This document shows positions 9,413 through 19,685 of a DNA stretch of 24,000 nucleotides, piece by piece. The stretch is from Treponema sp. (GTDB lineage Bacteria > Spirochaetota > Spirochaetia > Treponematales > Breznakiellaceae). How positions within the stretch are numbered: position 1 is the stretch's first letter; the number at the start of each line of letters is the position of its first letter. The stretch lies in assembly GCA_031256035.1 (NCBI GenBank), contig JAIRRJ010000038.1:13059-37058 (forward strand), read 5' to 3'. The position numbers and the translations under genes were made by a program. The notes under the pieces are model-generated. The model saw only the letters and a list, made by a program, of their open reading frames with translations. It was not told where the DNA came from and made no database searches.

Positions 9413-10411
9413 TCAATACCTTTGAACCGTTTCCCATTTACCCGTTTCAGCGGATTTGAAAAGCGCGTCCAGTGCCGCCATATTAGCAATTGCATCTGAA
9501 ACAGGTGTCGGCATTTCGGTTTTTTGAATGACGCTTTCTGAAAAAGCGTCAAATTCCAGAAGGTATTGATCGGCGTTTTCCGTTTCAATCAGTCGCTGCC
9601 CCACACCGGTGGATACGGTAACCTTGCCCGGAATATCAGGGTACATATTAAAGGGGATCTCTATTGAAAGACTGCCGCCGGTCCCAATGGCGGTGACCCT
9701 CTGACATGGGTACATTTGGGTGCAAACGGTGAAAGTCGAAGCTCTGTCCCCGCCAAAATCAAGAATTCCTGATGCTAAGGCATCCGTCTTAAAAACTTGA
9801 TCTCTTACCAAAGTACATATTGCTCTGACAGGCTCACTCCCAAATAAAAACCGGGCACTTGAGACTGCATAGCAGCCAATGTCATAGATTGCTCCGCCTC
9901 CTGTATCAGTTTTGTTGCGTATATTGTTGGCATCTTTGTTCATGTATGAAAAATGGCAATTTACCGACATTAAGCCACCAATTTCGCCAACGCCTACAAT
10001 TTCTTTTGCCCTAATCCACTGAGGATGGAAACGGTACATAAAAGCCTCCATTAAGGGGACAGAGCTTTTCTGGCAATATGCGGCGGCTTCAACCGCTTCT
10101 GTAGCGTTTAAACATAGCGGTTTCTCACAAATTACTGGTTTTCCCGCATCAGCAGCCTTCTTTATGTATTCCAAATGAAGATGATTGGGCAGTGGGATAT
10201 AGACAAAATCCACATCAGTGTCGGCAAGCAGCGCCTCGTAAGAGCCGTAAATTTTCGAAAAATGTGAAGCTTTGGCAAATTCTTCAGCTTTTGCTTTATC
10301 TCTGGATGCAAGAGCATAAGGTTCCACCATTTTGGAAGATTTTAGAGGAGCGGCTATTCTCAACGCATAATGCCCGGAACAACCCAGAACGCCAAGCCGT
10401 AGTTTTTTCAT
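9413..10411 (-). CDS. Gfo/Idh/MocA-family oxidoreductase
   Basis: Start MKKLRLGVLGCSGHYALRIA at 10411 (ORF track starts 10459); CEKPLCLNATEA and EAFMYRFHPQW motifs. Confidence 0.9.
   Translation of the reverse strand: MKKLRLGVLGCSGHYALRIAAPLKSSKMVEPYALASRDKAKAEEFAKASHFSKIYGSYEALLADTDVDFVYIPLPNHLHLEYIKKAADAGKPVICEKPLCLNATEAVEAAAYCQKSSVPLMEAFMYRFHPQWIRAKEIVGVGEIGGLMSVNCHFSYMNKDANNIRNKTDTGGGAIYDIGCYAVSSARFLFGSEPVRAICTLVRDQVFKTDALASGILDFGGDRASTFTVCTQMYPCQRVTAIGTGGSLSIEIPFNMYPDIPGKVTVSTGVGQRLIETENADQYLLEFDAFSESVIQKTEMPTPVSDAIANMAALDALFKSAETGKWETVQRY
9740..9751 (-). repeat. Dispersed 12-mer, exact, inside oxidoreductase (GGDRAS)
   Basis: agctctgtcccc. Confidence 0.9.
10055..10066 (+). repeat. Dispersed 12-mer, exact, inside oxidoreductase (SSVPL)
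   Basis: ggggacagagct. Confidence 0.9.
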
Positions 10412-10495
10412 TTGTAACCTCTCATTGCATCGCGCGAACGATGTGATTTTACAGAACATCTCCGCAACGCGGGGAGACGAAAACTCCTTGAATTT

Positions 10496-10562
10496 GGGGA
10501 CAGAGCTTAAAAATCTTACTTGAACATATCACAAAAAAGCAAAAAAATCGAGCTCTGTCCCC
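10496..10562. repeat. Inverted (convergent) pair 10496-10507 / 10551-10562 upstream of groEL
   Basis: ggggacagagct ... agctctgtcccc. Confidence 0.9.
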
Positions 10563-10653
10563 AAATGTACCCTTTAAGGTTGGACATCACTTTTCCACCG
10601 GAAAACGCTTCCCCCTATTGCCGATTTTGCAGTAATTTAGTATTTTATATTAA

Positions 10654-12417
<1,764 letters not shown>

Positions 12418-12444
12418 GGACTAATAACGAATCGTAAGTCTTGA

Positions 12445-12475
12445 GAGGCTGCCTAAAAAGGCAGCCTCTTTTTTT
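12445..12475 (+). terminator. Rho-independent terminator of groEL
   Basis: GAGGCTGCC-TAAAAA-GGCAGCCTC, perfect 9-bp stem followed by TTTTTTT. Confidence 0.9.
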
Positions 12476-12983
12476 ACCTTAATCCATGTTCAGGTAAATA
12501 TTCCAAGACTAAAGATTCCGGCGCATCAGTAATATCCGCTACCCCATGGTGATGATGCCATAATCCGCCAAATCTCCACATCCATGAACTATCAACCAGT
12601 TGCGCATAGACCGGATTTTCATCGATGTAGATAAATACCCGCAGAAAATCTACCATTCCAGCGATGATTCGAGAATAAAACCGCTCTCCCCATACATGAC
12701 CATTCATGTGATGCTTCCGATTCCAAGCCATTGCAAAAACACTGAGAATCCATTGCATAATTCGGGAAAGGGATTCATTGCTGCCCGGCTTAATCAGTAG
12801 ATGGAGATGGTTGTTCATAATGCAGAAATTCTTGATTTGAAAACGGTATTTCTTTTTTGCCCGCTTGATAACCGTTAACAAAAGCAATTTTTCTTCATCT
12901 GGTAATAAAATCATCTCACTGCGATTAATCCTGGCAGTCACATGATACTCTGCTCCGTCGCGGAGCATTCTTGGTAAACGCAT
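12474..12983 (-). CDS. REP-associated tyrosine transposase (RAYT; Y1/IS200-like transposase family)
   Basis: 169 aa; MRLPRMLRDGAEYHVTARINRSE, HUH motif in NNHLHLLIKP, candidate catalytic Tyr in WGERFYSRII. Confidence 0.85.
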   Translation of the reverse strand: MRLPRMLRDGAEYHVTARINRSEMILLPDEEKLLLLTVIKRAKKKYRFQIKNFCIMNNHLHLLIKPGSNESLSRIMQWILSVFAMAWNRKHHMNGHVWGERFYSRIIAGMVDFLRVFIYIDENPVYAQLVDSSWMWRFGGLWHHHHGVADITDAPESLVLEYLPEHGLR

Positions 12984-13050
12984 ACTTATTATATGGTGCG
13001 CAGATGTATGGCACTTTAGTTTGGTGGATATTTTTTACTTTTTTCAAGCT

Positions 13051-13175
13051 TTTTTTAGCTCTGTCCCCCAATGTTTCGCAGCTTCTTTTTGCTCGATTGA
13101 AACCTTATCCGAACATGTATTGAAAATGGTCTGTCCAAGAAGGTATAATTGTTGCTTGGGGACAGAGCTAAAAAA
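13051..13175. repeat. Inverted (divergent) pair with 18-bp perfect arms upstream of RAYT gene
   Basis: ttttttagctctgtcccc (13051-13068) ... ggggacagagctaaaaaa (13158-13175). Confidence 0.92.
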
Positions 13176-13207
13176 GCATCGAAATTCGTAAAAACTGGAG
13201 AAAAAAC

Positions 13208-13705
13208 ATGGAAAAATTAAATGTTGACAGTGCTTTTCCATTGACCAATATTCGTGGGATGAATGAATCCAGTGCAAAAAAGTATGTTCTTGGCTTTATT
13301 ACTACTTTAAAGTTAACCAATAAGCAGATTCAAGATATTGATAAAGATCTATCCAATTGGAATTCCAGGATTGAATTAGCAAAATATAAAGGATTACCTG
13401 ATTTGGTAATAGAAGCTGAAAAAGAAGTGGAGCTTTTGGAAAATAGGCGGCAGCAATTAGTCATGGAGACTGATGAATTCAAAATGCAAATTGAAGATAT
13501 GCTGCGGCAATTACCTCTGCTTCCGGCTTATGAGAGAAACATCGAGCCTGATATGCTTGAAAATGAACTCTTGATTGCTTCCGGTTATCTCCCCGGTGAG
13601 GAAGAAAAAGCTAAAAGTGAACGTTTATTCAGAAAAATGGAAAAAGAAATAACCGCTGAAGCTGCTCTTTCAGAGTTAAAGGCAAAAATGGAGAGAAAAG
13701 ATTGA
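13208..13705 (+). CDS. Hypothetical coiled-coil protein
   Basis: 165 aa charged/helical ORF just upstream of and overlapping murJ by 4 bp. Confidence 0.6.
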   Translation: MEKLNVDSAFPLTNIRGMNESSAKKYVLGFITTLKLTNKQIQDIDKDLSNWNSRIELAKYKGLPDLVIEAEKEVELLENRRQQLVMETDEFKMQIEDMLRQLPLLPAYERNIEPDMLENELLIASGYLPGEEEKAKSERLFRKMEKEITAEAALSELKAKMERKD

Positions 13706-15327
13706 GCTCTGTCCCCACAGAGGATGCCAATCCTCAATCTGCTGCTTATTCCAGCCAGTCAGTAGATTCTATGGTCCGTCATGGTTCAGCTCTGTCCCTC
13801 CTCACATTGACTTCTCGAATTCTTGGTTTATTTCGAGAAATGACCAAAGCGGCACTTCTCGGCACAAGCGCCCTGTCCGATGCCTTTTCTGTGGCCTTCA
13901 TGCTGCCTAACCTATTCCGCCGACTTTTTGCAGAAGGTTCTATCTCTGTTGCTTTCATTCCTACCTTCAAGGAATACTTGCTGGGAAACGATCGGGAAAA
14001 AACACGGGAGTTTTTATCCTGTATATTCACTTTTCTTACCTTTTTCGTAACTTTAATGGTCATGGCAGGGGTACTTGCGGCTCCGTTCATTGTCCGCTTT
14101 TTTGGCATGGAAGAATATGATGAAACCGTTCTTCTCACCAGGATCATGTTTCCTTTTCTAGGGTTCATCTCACTTGCGGCTTTGTTTCAGGGGGTACTAA
14201 ACAGCCTTCATGTTTTTACTCCATCCGGTCTTGCGCCAATTTTACTGAATATTGTTGTCATTCTCTGCGCTTATGGCTTGAGTCCTTTCACACAAAACCC
14301 TGCTCGAGCAATGGCTGTTGGAATAATCATTGGCGGTTTCCTTGAAGCAGCCATACAGTTTCCTTTTGTTATAAAACGGGGACAGAGCTTCTTTTTTACA
14401 GACTTAAAACGCGCAATCACCAACCCAGGTACAAGAAAAGTACTGCGCCTAATAAGCCCTACCATTATAGGGATGGCCGCTTATCAGCTAAACGACTTGG
14501 TTTCCACAGTATTGGCAGTCAGAGCTGGGGAGGGCGTTGTTTCAAGCATTCAGTATTCGCTACGTCTCCAAGAACTGCTCCTAGGCGTTTTTGCGGTTTC
14601 AATCGGAACCGTTCTGCTTCCTAGTCTTGCCGAATACGCAAAATCCTCTCAATGGGATATTTATAACAAGCGGTTGATTTCAGCAATAGACATCATCGCA
14701 CTCATTACCATTCCGATTACGTTTTTTTCGCTCGTTGAGGGACAGAGCTTAATCCGCCTACTCTTCCAAAACCGTAATTTCGACGAAACTTCAGTCAGCC
14801 TGACCCTCTCGGCTTTTACTTTTCATATGCCTGGTCTTTTTTTCATTGCTCTCAACCGTGTTCTGGCGCCAGCTTTTTATGCTCAAAGCGACACTAAATC
14901 CCCGACTTTGGCCGGTATAATCTCTTTCGTTGCCAATATTTGCCTTGCGGCTATTCTGGTTGGGCCGTTACGGGGCGCAGGCATTGCTTTAGCTCTGTCC
15001 CTCGCCAGCGCAGTAAATACGCTCCTGCTCCTCGTCTTCCTCAGGAGAAACCCCAATGTTGCTCTGGGGACAGAGCTTGGTTTGTCTATGGTTTACGTTT
15101 TGAAACTAATTTTTATTTCCGGATTGGCGGTTGTCCCTGTACGCTTCTTTTCTCCGTTACTACAGGTGTTTTTTGCAAGTAGAGGGCGAATCATCTCCCA
15201 TGGTATGCCTCTGGCAGTTAACGTAATTGTCTATAGCCTGTTTGGGTTTGCCATGCTTGCCCTAACCAGAGATAAAAACCTGTTTGCTCTGGTAAAAATG
15301 CTCAGGAAAAAGAGAAGGGATTCGTAA
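13702..15327 (+). CDS. murJ: Lipid II flippase MurJ (MviN); real start may be TTG 13702 or ATG 13771
   Basis: 541 aa polytopic protein; TLTSRILGLFREMTKAALLG, DAFSVAFMLPNLFRRLFAEGSISVAFIPTF, LNRVLAPAFYAQSDTKSP. Confidence 0.93.
   Translation: MSSVPTEDANPQSAAYSSQSVDSMVRHGSALSLLTLTSRILGLFREMTKAALLGTSALSDAFSVAFMLPNLFRRLFAEGSISVAFIPTFKEYLLGNDREKTREFLSCIFTFLTFFVTLMVMAGVLAAPFIVRFFGMEEYDETVLLTRIMFPFLGFISLAALFQGVLNSLHVFTPSGLAPILLNIVVILCAYGLSPFTQNPARAMAVGIIIGGFLEAAIQFPFVIKRGQSFFFTDLKRAITNPGTRKVLRLISPTIIGMAAYQLNDLVSTVLAVRAGEGVVSSIQYSLRLQELLLGVFAVSIGTVLLPSLAEYAKSSQWDIYNKRLISAIDIIALITIPITFFSLVEGQSLIRLLFQNRNFDETSVSLTLSAFTFHMPGLFFIALNRVLAPAFYAQSDTKSPTLAGIISFVANICLAAILVGPLRGAGIALALSLASAVNTLLLLVFLRRNPNVALGTELGLSMVYVLKLIFISGLAVVPVRFFSPLLQVFFASRGRIISHGMPLAVNVIVYSLFGFAMLALTRDKNLFALVKMLRKKRRDS
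13705..13716 (-). repeat. Dispersed 12-mer, exact, at the 13208 ORF stop / murJ TTG start junction
   Basis: agctctgtcccc. Confidence 0.9.
13788..13799 (-). repeat. Dispersed 12-mer, one mismatch, in murJ (SALSL)
   Basis: agctctgtccct. Confidence 0.7.
14378..14389 (+). repeat. Dispersed 12-mer, exact, in murJ (RGQSF)
   Basis: ggggacagagct. Confidence 0.9.
14738..14749 (+). repeat. Dispersed 12-mer, one mismatch, in murJ (EGQSL)
   Basis: agggacagagct. Confidence 0.75.
14991..15002 (-). repeat. Dispersed 12-mer, one mismatch, in murJ (LALSL)
   Basis: agctctgtccct. Confidence 0.7.
15066..15077 (+). repeat. Dispersed 12-mer, exact, in murJ (LGTEL)
   Basis: ggggacagagct. Confidence 0.9.
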
Positions 15328-15345
15328 GTTTTTATGTGCTAGTTT

Positions 15346-15357
15346 AGCTCTGTCCCC
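15346..15357 (-). repeat. Dispersed 12-mer, exact, in the murJ/cysK convergent gap
   Basis: agctctgtcccc. Confidence 0.9.
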
Positions 15358-15372
15358 CACGCCACCCAAATT

Positions 15373-16344
15373 TCATTCATCCCACAGCCACGTAGATAAA
15401 TAACGTTCGCCCGTGTCAGGCAGAACCGCCACGATGGTCTTGCCGTTGTTTTCAGGTCGTTTAGCAACAGTCAGCGCAGCTTCGAGTGCTGAGCCGGAGG
15501 AAATGCCTGCAAGAATTCCTTCTTCTTTTGCAAGACGCCGCGCCGTGGTTCCGGCTTTAACTTTGTCAGTCTGGTATATCTCATCTACGACCCTGGAATC
15601 GTACACATTTGGTTGAAAGCCGGCGCCAATGCCTTGAATTTCGTGGGGTTTGCTCTGTCCCCCAGAATCAGCCTGAGTTTCGTGAGAACAGCTCTGTCCC
15701 TCCAAAAGCTGTCCCGAAAGCACTGAGGACAGAGCCGGTTCCACAGCAATCACCTTGACCGATGGTTTTCGGGATTTCAGGTATCTCCCTGCGCCAGTGA
15801 TAGTTCCGCCGGTGCCAACCCCGCAGACAAGAATGTCCACCTTTCCTTCGGTATCGCGCCATATTTCCGGCCCGGTGGTTTTTTCATGGATAGCTGGGTT
15901 GGCGGGGTTGTCGAACTGCCGGAGTACAACGGAATTGGGAATTGAAGCGGCTAGTTCATCGGCGCGGGCAATGGCCCCTTTCATACCTTCGGCACCGGGA
16001 GTCAGTTCCAGTTCAGCGCCCAGAGCTTTCAGAAGTTTTCGACGCTCAACACTCATCGTTTCCGGCATAGTCAGGATAATTCTGTACCCTTTAACTGCCG
16101 CGACACATGCCAGCCCGACACCGGTATTGCCGCTTGTAGGCTCAATAATAGCGGCCCCTTTTTTCAGCTTCCCTTCTTTTTCAGCCGCTTCAACCATCGC
16201 CAGAGCGACACGGTCTTTTACACTGTGAAGGGGGTTAAAACTCTCCAGTTTGACATATACGGCTGCCACACCGTCGTTGATTTTGTTGATTTTTACAAGG
16301 GGAGTATCACCGATAAGGTCGGTTATTTTTTCCGCTCTTGCCAT
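15373..16344 (-). CDS. cysK: Cysteine synthase (O-acetylserine sulfhydrylase)
   Basis: 323 aa; [65 protein letters not shown]. Confidence 0.95.
   Translation of the reverse strand: MARAEKITDLIGDTPLVKINKINDGVAAVYVKLESFNPLHSVKDRVALAMVEAAEKEGKLKKGAAIIEPTSGNTGVGLACVAAVKGYRIILTMPETMSVERRKLLKALGAELELTPGAEGMKGAIARADELAASIPNSVVLRQFDNPANPAIHEKTTGPEIWRDTEGKVDILVCGVGTGGTITGAGRYLKSRKPSVKVIAVEPALSSVLSGQLLEGQSCSHETQADSGGQSKPHEIQGIGAGFQPNVYDSRVVDEIYQTDKVKAGTTARRLAKEEGILAGISSGSALEAALTVAKRPENNGKTIVAVLPDTGERYLSTWLWDE
15651..15701 (-). repeat. Two one-mismatch copies (15651-15662, 15690-15701) 39 bp apart inside cysK
   Basis: tgctctgtcccc ... agctctgtccct; encode GGQSK and EGQSC. Confidence 0.85.
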
Positions 16345-16349
16345 ATTTT

Positions 16350-17636
16350 TTACTTTATAGCCTCGAAAGCCTGTTCCAAATCGTAAAGAATATCGTCAAT
16401 GTGCTCTGTCCCCACAGAAAGCCGGATCGTGTTGGGCTTGATTCCCGATTCAAGCAGTTCCTTTTCGCTTATCTGGGAATGAGTTGTTGAAGCGGGATGA
16501 ATCACCGTTGATTTAAGGTCGGCAAGATTAGACACAAGTGAAAAGAGCTTGAGCGCCTCCGAAAAACGCCTCGCCTTTTCAGCGCCGCCGGCGACATCAA
16601 ATGTAAAAACAGAACCCGCGCCGTTGGGGTAGTACCGCTTGTAGAGCTTATGATCGCGGTGTTCCGGCAGGGCTGGGTGGTTTACTTTTTCCGCCTGAGG
16701 ATGAGCCTTGAGGAAATCTACCGCCTTCAGGGCGTTACTGACGTGCCGCTCCATGCGAAGGGAGAGGGTTTCAATCCCCTGCAGGAAAAGAAAAGCGTTG
16801 AACGGGGACAGAGCTGCTCCGGTATCGCGCAGTATGACAGTCCGCGCCTTGATAATATACGCTAAGTTTTTCGCCGCTTCGGTAAAGACAATGCCGTGAT
16901 AGCTGGGGTTCGGCTTTGACAGGCCGGGAAACTTGTCGTTCTGCGTCCAGTCAAATTTGCCGCTGTCAACAATTACGCCGCCGATGGAATTACTGTTGCC
17001 GTTTATGAATTTGCTTGCCGAATGAGTAACAATGTCAGCGCCATAGTCGATGGGGGTCAACAGATAGGGTGTGGCGCAGGTATTGTCCACAATGAGGGGA
17101 ATACCGTGGCGGTGGGCAATGGCGGCAGCGGCTTCAATGTCGATGATGCTGCAATTGGGGTTACTCAGATTTTCAAAAAAAAGCGCCTTGGTGTTGGAGC
17201 GTACCTCTTTTTCAAAATTGGCAATGTCGCTGCCGTCAACAAAAGACACTTCAATGCCCATATCTTTGAATGTATTGGAAAAAAGATTGTAAGTGCCGCC
17301 GTATACCTGCCTGTCAGAAACAATATGATCGCCTGCGCGGGCGATGTTGAGAATTGAGTAGGCGGTAGCCGCCTGGCCGGACGCAAGGGCGAGAGCGGCG
17401 GCTCCTTTTTCCAGAGCGGCAATGCGCTTTTCAAACACATCCGAAGTAGGATTCATCAGCCGGGTGTAAATGTTTCCTGAGTCAGTCAGGGCGAACCTGT
17501 CAGCGGCGACTTTTGAATTGGGATACACAAAAGACGTAGTCTGATAAATGGGAACCGTCCGCGAACCGGTCGCCGGATCTGGTTCCTGCCCGGCATGAAC
17601 CTGCAATGTCTCGAATTTATAATCTCTCGCCGCCAT
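16350..17636 (-). CDS. metY: O-acetylhomoserine aminocarboxypropyltransferase/sulfhydrylase
   Basis: 428 aa; [74 protein letters not shown]. Confidence 0.94.
   Translation of the reverse strand: MAARDYKFETLQVHAGQEPDPATGSRTVPIYQTTSFVYPNSKVAADRFALTDSGNIYTRLMNPTSDVFEKRIAALEKGAAALALASGQAATAYSILNIARAGDHIVSDRQVYGGTYNLFSNTFKDMGIEVSFVDGSDIANFEKEVRSNTKALFFENLSNPNCSIIDIEAAAAIAHRHGIPLIVDNTCATPYLLTPIDYGADIVTHSASKFINGNSNSIGGVIVDSGKFDWTQNDKFPGLSKPNPSYHGIVFTEAAKNLAYIIKARTVILRDTGAALSPFNAFLFLQGIETLSLRMERHVSNALKAVDFLKAHPQAEKVNHPALPEHRDHKLYKRYYPNGAGSVFTFDVAGGAEKARRFSEALKLFSLVSNLADLKSTVIHPASTTHSQISEKELLESGIKPNTIRLSVGTEHIDDILYDLEQAFEAIK
16401..16412 (-). repeat. Dispersed 12-mer, one mismatch, in metY (VGTEH)
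   Basis: tgctctgtcccc. Confidence 0.7.
16804..16815 (+). repeat. Dispersed 12-mer, exact, in metY (ALSPF)
   Basis: ggggacagagct. Confidence 0.9.
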
Positions 17637-17737
17637 AAAATATCACCTCTGAACATCAGCTTGTTCCAAAATCTGATCTTTTGCAACTGCCTTTATTTAT
17701 GGCACGGAGATGGAAATTGCTTTAGTTTAGGTTTTTT

Positions 17738-17761
17738 AGCTCTGTCCTGGGGGACAGAGCT
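17738..17761. repeat. Back-to-back inverted pair forming a 10-bp-stem palindrome
   Basis: AGCTCTGTCC-tggg-GGACAGAGCT; right copy is an exact 12-mer (17750-17761). Confidence 0.9.
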
Positions 17762-17808
17762 TGGCTGCGGAGTTGTTAACCAGTAATTTCTCTTGAGGAA
17801 AAAAACCA

Positions 17809-18213
17809 CTAGGTTTGAGGTATTTTATGTCCGTGATCTCTCTTTATGAAATGCAGCCTGCCGTTAAATAAAGACGGTAATACATTCTCCGTGTATATTT
17901 CAAGTTCTACTTTTTTGTTAATGCGTTCAATTTCCTTTGTATTTTCATTTTGTTTGACAGTGTACTCAATTACCACTTTTTTCCCGTCCACCGTGTATGA
18001 TCCCATGTAGGCATCCCAGTGCCTGTTTCCCCTGTTGATATTGGCGACATATTCCTGAAACAAAACCTTCCCATGGTCGTCAAACTCATAAATCTGATCC
18101 CCAGCCTCATCAATCCATAAACCAAGTATAATATGTCCTGCTCTGTCCACATTCTGGCTGTATCCGACAACCCCTATTACCAAAAAAAGAATAACTACCG
18201 CTAACTTCTTCAT
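17809..18213 (-). CDS. Small secreted hypothetical protein
   Basis: 134 aa with signal peptide MKKLAVVILFLVIGVVGYSQ. Confidence 0.6.
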   Translation of the reverse strand: MKKLAVVILFLVIGVVGYSQNVDRAGHIILGLWIDEAGDQIYEFDDHGKVLFQEYVANINRGNRHWDAYMGSYTVDGKKVVIEYTVKQNENTKEIERINKKVELEIYTENVLPSLFNGRLHFIKRDHGHKIPQT

Positions 18214-18368
18214 AAAAACTCCCTAATAAAAGTGTTTTTGCCTTTCTTATTGACCGGCTTGGAGCTATTATATCACCTTTGGCGGGAGATGTCAATTTTA
18301 AAGAAACCGCTCTTCGCCAGTATTATCTTAACAGTTCCTTTTATGGTATATTTGGGTTAGATTTTACC

Positions 18369-19652
18369 ATGCTAAAAAACATTACAGCCAGTGTCAAAAA
18401 CTTTGCCAGCGCTAACCCGACCGCTATGCGTTATGCAATGGACGGTTTTTTGGCGGCTGCGGCGATTAATATCGTGATCAACAACAACGGTCTCTATGCA
18501 ATACGCCTCGGCGCGGGGGATTATCAGCTCAGCCTCCTTCAATTAATGCCGCAGGCTCTCAATCTGCTTATACTGATTCCCGGGGGGCTGCTTGCCGGGA
18601 GTCTGTTTAACAAACGCCGGATGATAACAGGCTCTCTTGTTGCGGGTGCAGTTTGCTGTCTGTTTTGCGCTTTTTCTCCGTTTGTCCCCGTACACTCAAT
18701 TTATTTTTTCCTTGTTTTTCTCTCGCTGGTAATGGGAGCTATAGCATGGTACAACATTTCATGGCAGTCGTACTTTCCTGATGTCATTGACACAGATTCC
18801 CGTAACCGTGTTCTGACGCTGCGTATGCGAACGGACGTTTTTGTCGGTATGCTGATACCCCTTTTGGTCGGCTCAGTGCTGGCGCGCATCGGGACAAACG
18901 GCGGAAAAATAGCGGCGCATCAGGGATTTTATGCCGGCTCGGCATTGCTGCTGCTTATGACCGCGCTTAATTATCGCCGCATTGAAGCAGTGCGTCAGGC
19001 TGTGCCGAAGCGCATTTCATTCGCTGAAATTAAAAAAGCAGGGCAGAGCCTTTTGCGCAATAAACCGTTTAAGCTGTTTGCCGGGGCTGCCATTTTTTTC
19101 TACATGACATGGCACATGGACTGGACATTGTACTTTATCGGTCAGGTGAGTTATCTGCACATGAATGAGTTTCAGATTGGGCTTGTAATGACGGGATCAA
19201 CAGTAATGCAATTTTTGACGCTGCGGTTTTGGAGCCGCAGAAATGAAAAACATGGCGTTGTATTGCCTCTTACCTTCGGCATTCTGGGTTTAAGCCTCTG
19301 CCCTGTTTCAATGATAATCGCAACCAGTATGCCCGCCGCCATTGGACCCGGCGCATTCATAATATTCCACACAGTGGTACACATGGCCTTTGTAACCGTC
19401 ATACTCAACATGTACCAATGCCTTTTACTGGTTGTTGATGAAGAATACCGCAGTTTCTCCATATCGGTTTTTGCTTCACTCGTCTGCGTGTCAAACGCGG
19501 TAATGCCGGTGGCGGGTGTGGCATTGTACCGTGCGCTTGGCGGAGACTTAAACGGGCTTCGCCTTACATTTTTGATTGTGTTCTCTCTGCGTATTGTTGC
19601 CGCCGGTTTATGGCTGCTGCGCTGGCGTGTTTCAAAACATACATCTTGCTAA
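18369..19652 (+). CDS. MFS-type membrane transporter (ORF track start 18279)
   Basis: Polytopic membrane protein; MLKNITASVKNFASANPTAMRY start at 18369; LLIPGGLLAGSLFNKRRMITGSLVAG typical MFS loop. Confidence 0.8.
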   Translation: MLKNITASVKNFASANPTAMRYAMDGFLAAAAINIVINNNGLYAIRLGAGDYQLSLLQLMPQALNLLILIPGGLLAGSLFNKRRMITGSLVAGAVCCLFCAFSPFVPVHSIYFFLVFLSLVMGAIAWYNISWQSYFPDVIDTDSRNRVLTLRMRTDVFVGMLIPLLVGSVLARIGTNGGKIAAHQGFYAGSALLLLMTALNYRRIEAVRQAVPKRISFAEIKKAGQSLLRNKPFKLFAGAAIFFYMTWHMDWTLYFIGQVSYLHMNEFQIGLVMTGSTVMQFLTLRFWSRRNEKHGVVLPLTFGILGLSLCPVSMIIATSMPAAIGPGAFIIFHTVVHMAFVTVILNMYQCLLLVVDEEYRSFSISVFASLVCVSNAVMPVAGVALYRALGGDLNGLRLTFLIVFSLRIVAAGLWLLRWRVSKHTSC

Positions 19653-19685
19653 TAACATGAATTTTGTATATCTTTAACATATTAT

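Noticed and set aside
13044-13277. Track ORF 13044..13277 (-)
   Set aside because: It spans the noncoding repeat pair and overlaps the start of 13208..13705; no family resemblance.
18139-18150. tgctctgtccac in the small secreted protein gene as a motif copy
   Set aside because: Two or more mismatches to the 12-mer; possibly a decayed copy but not counted.
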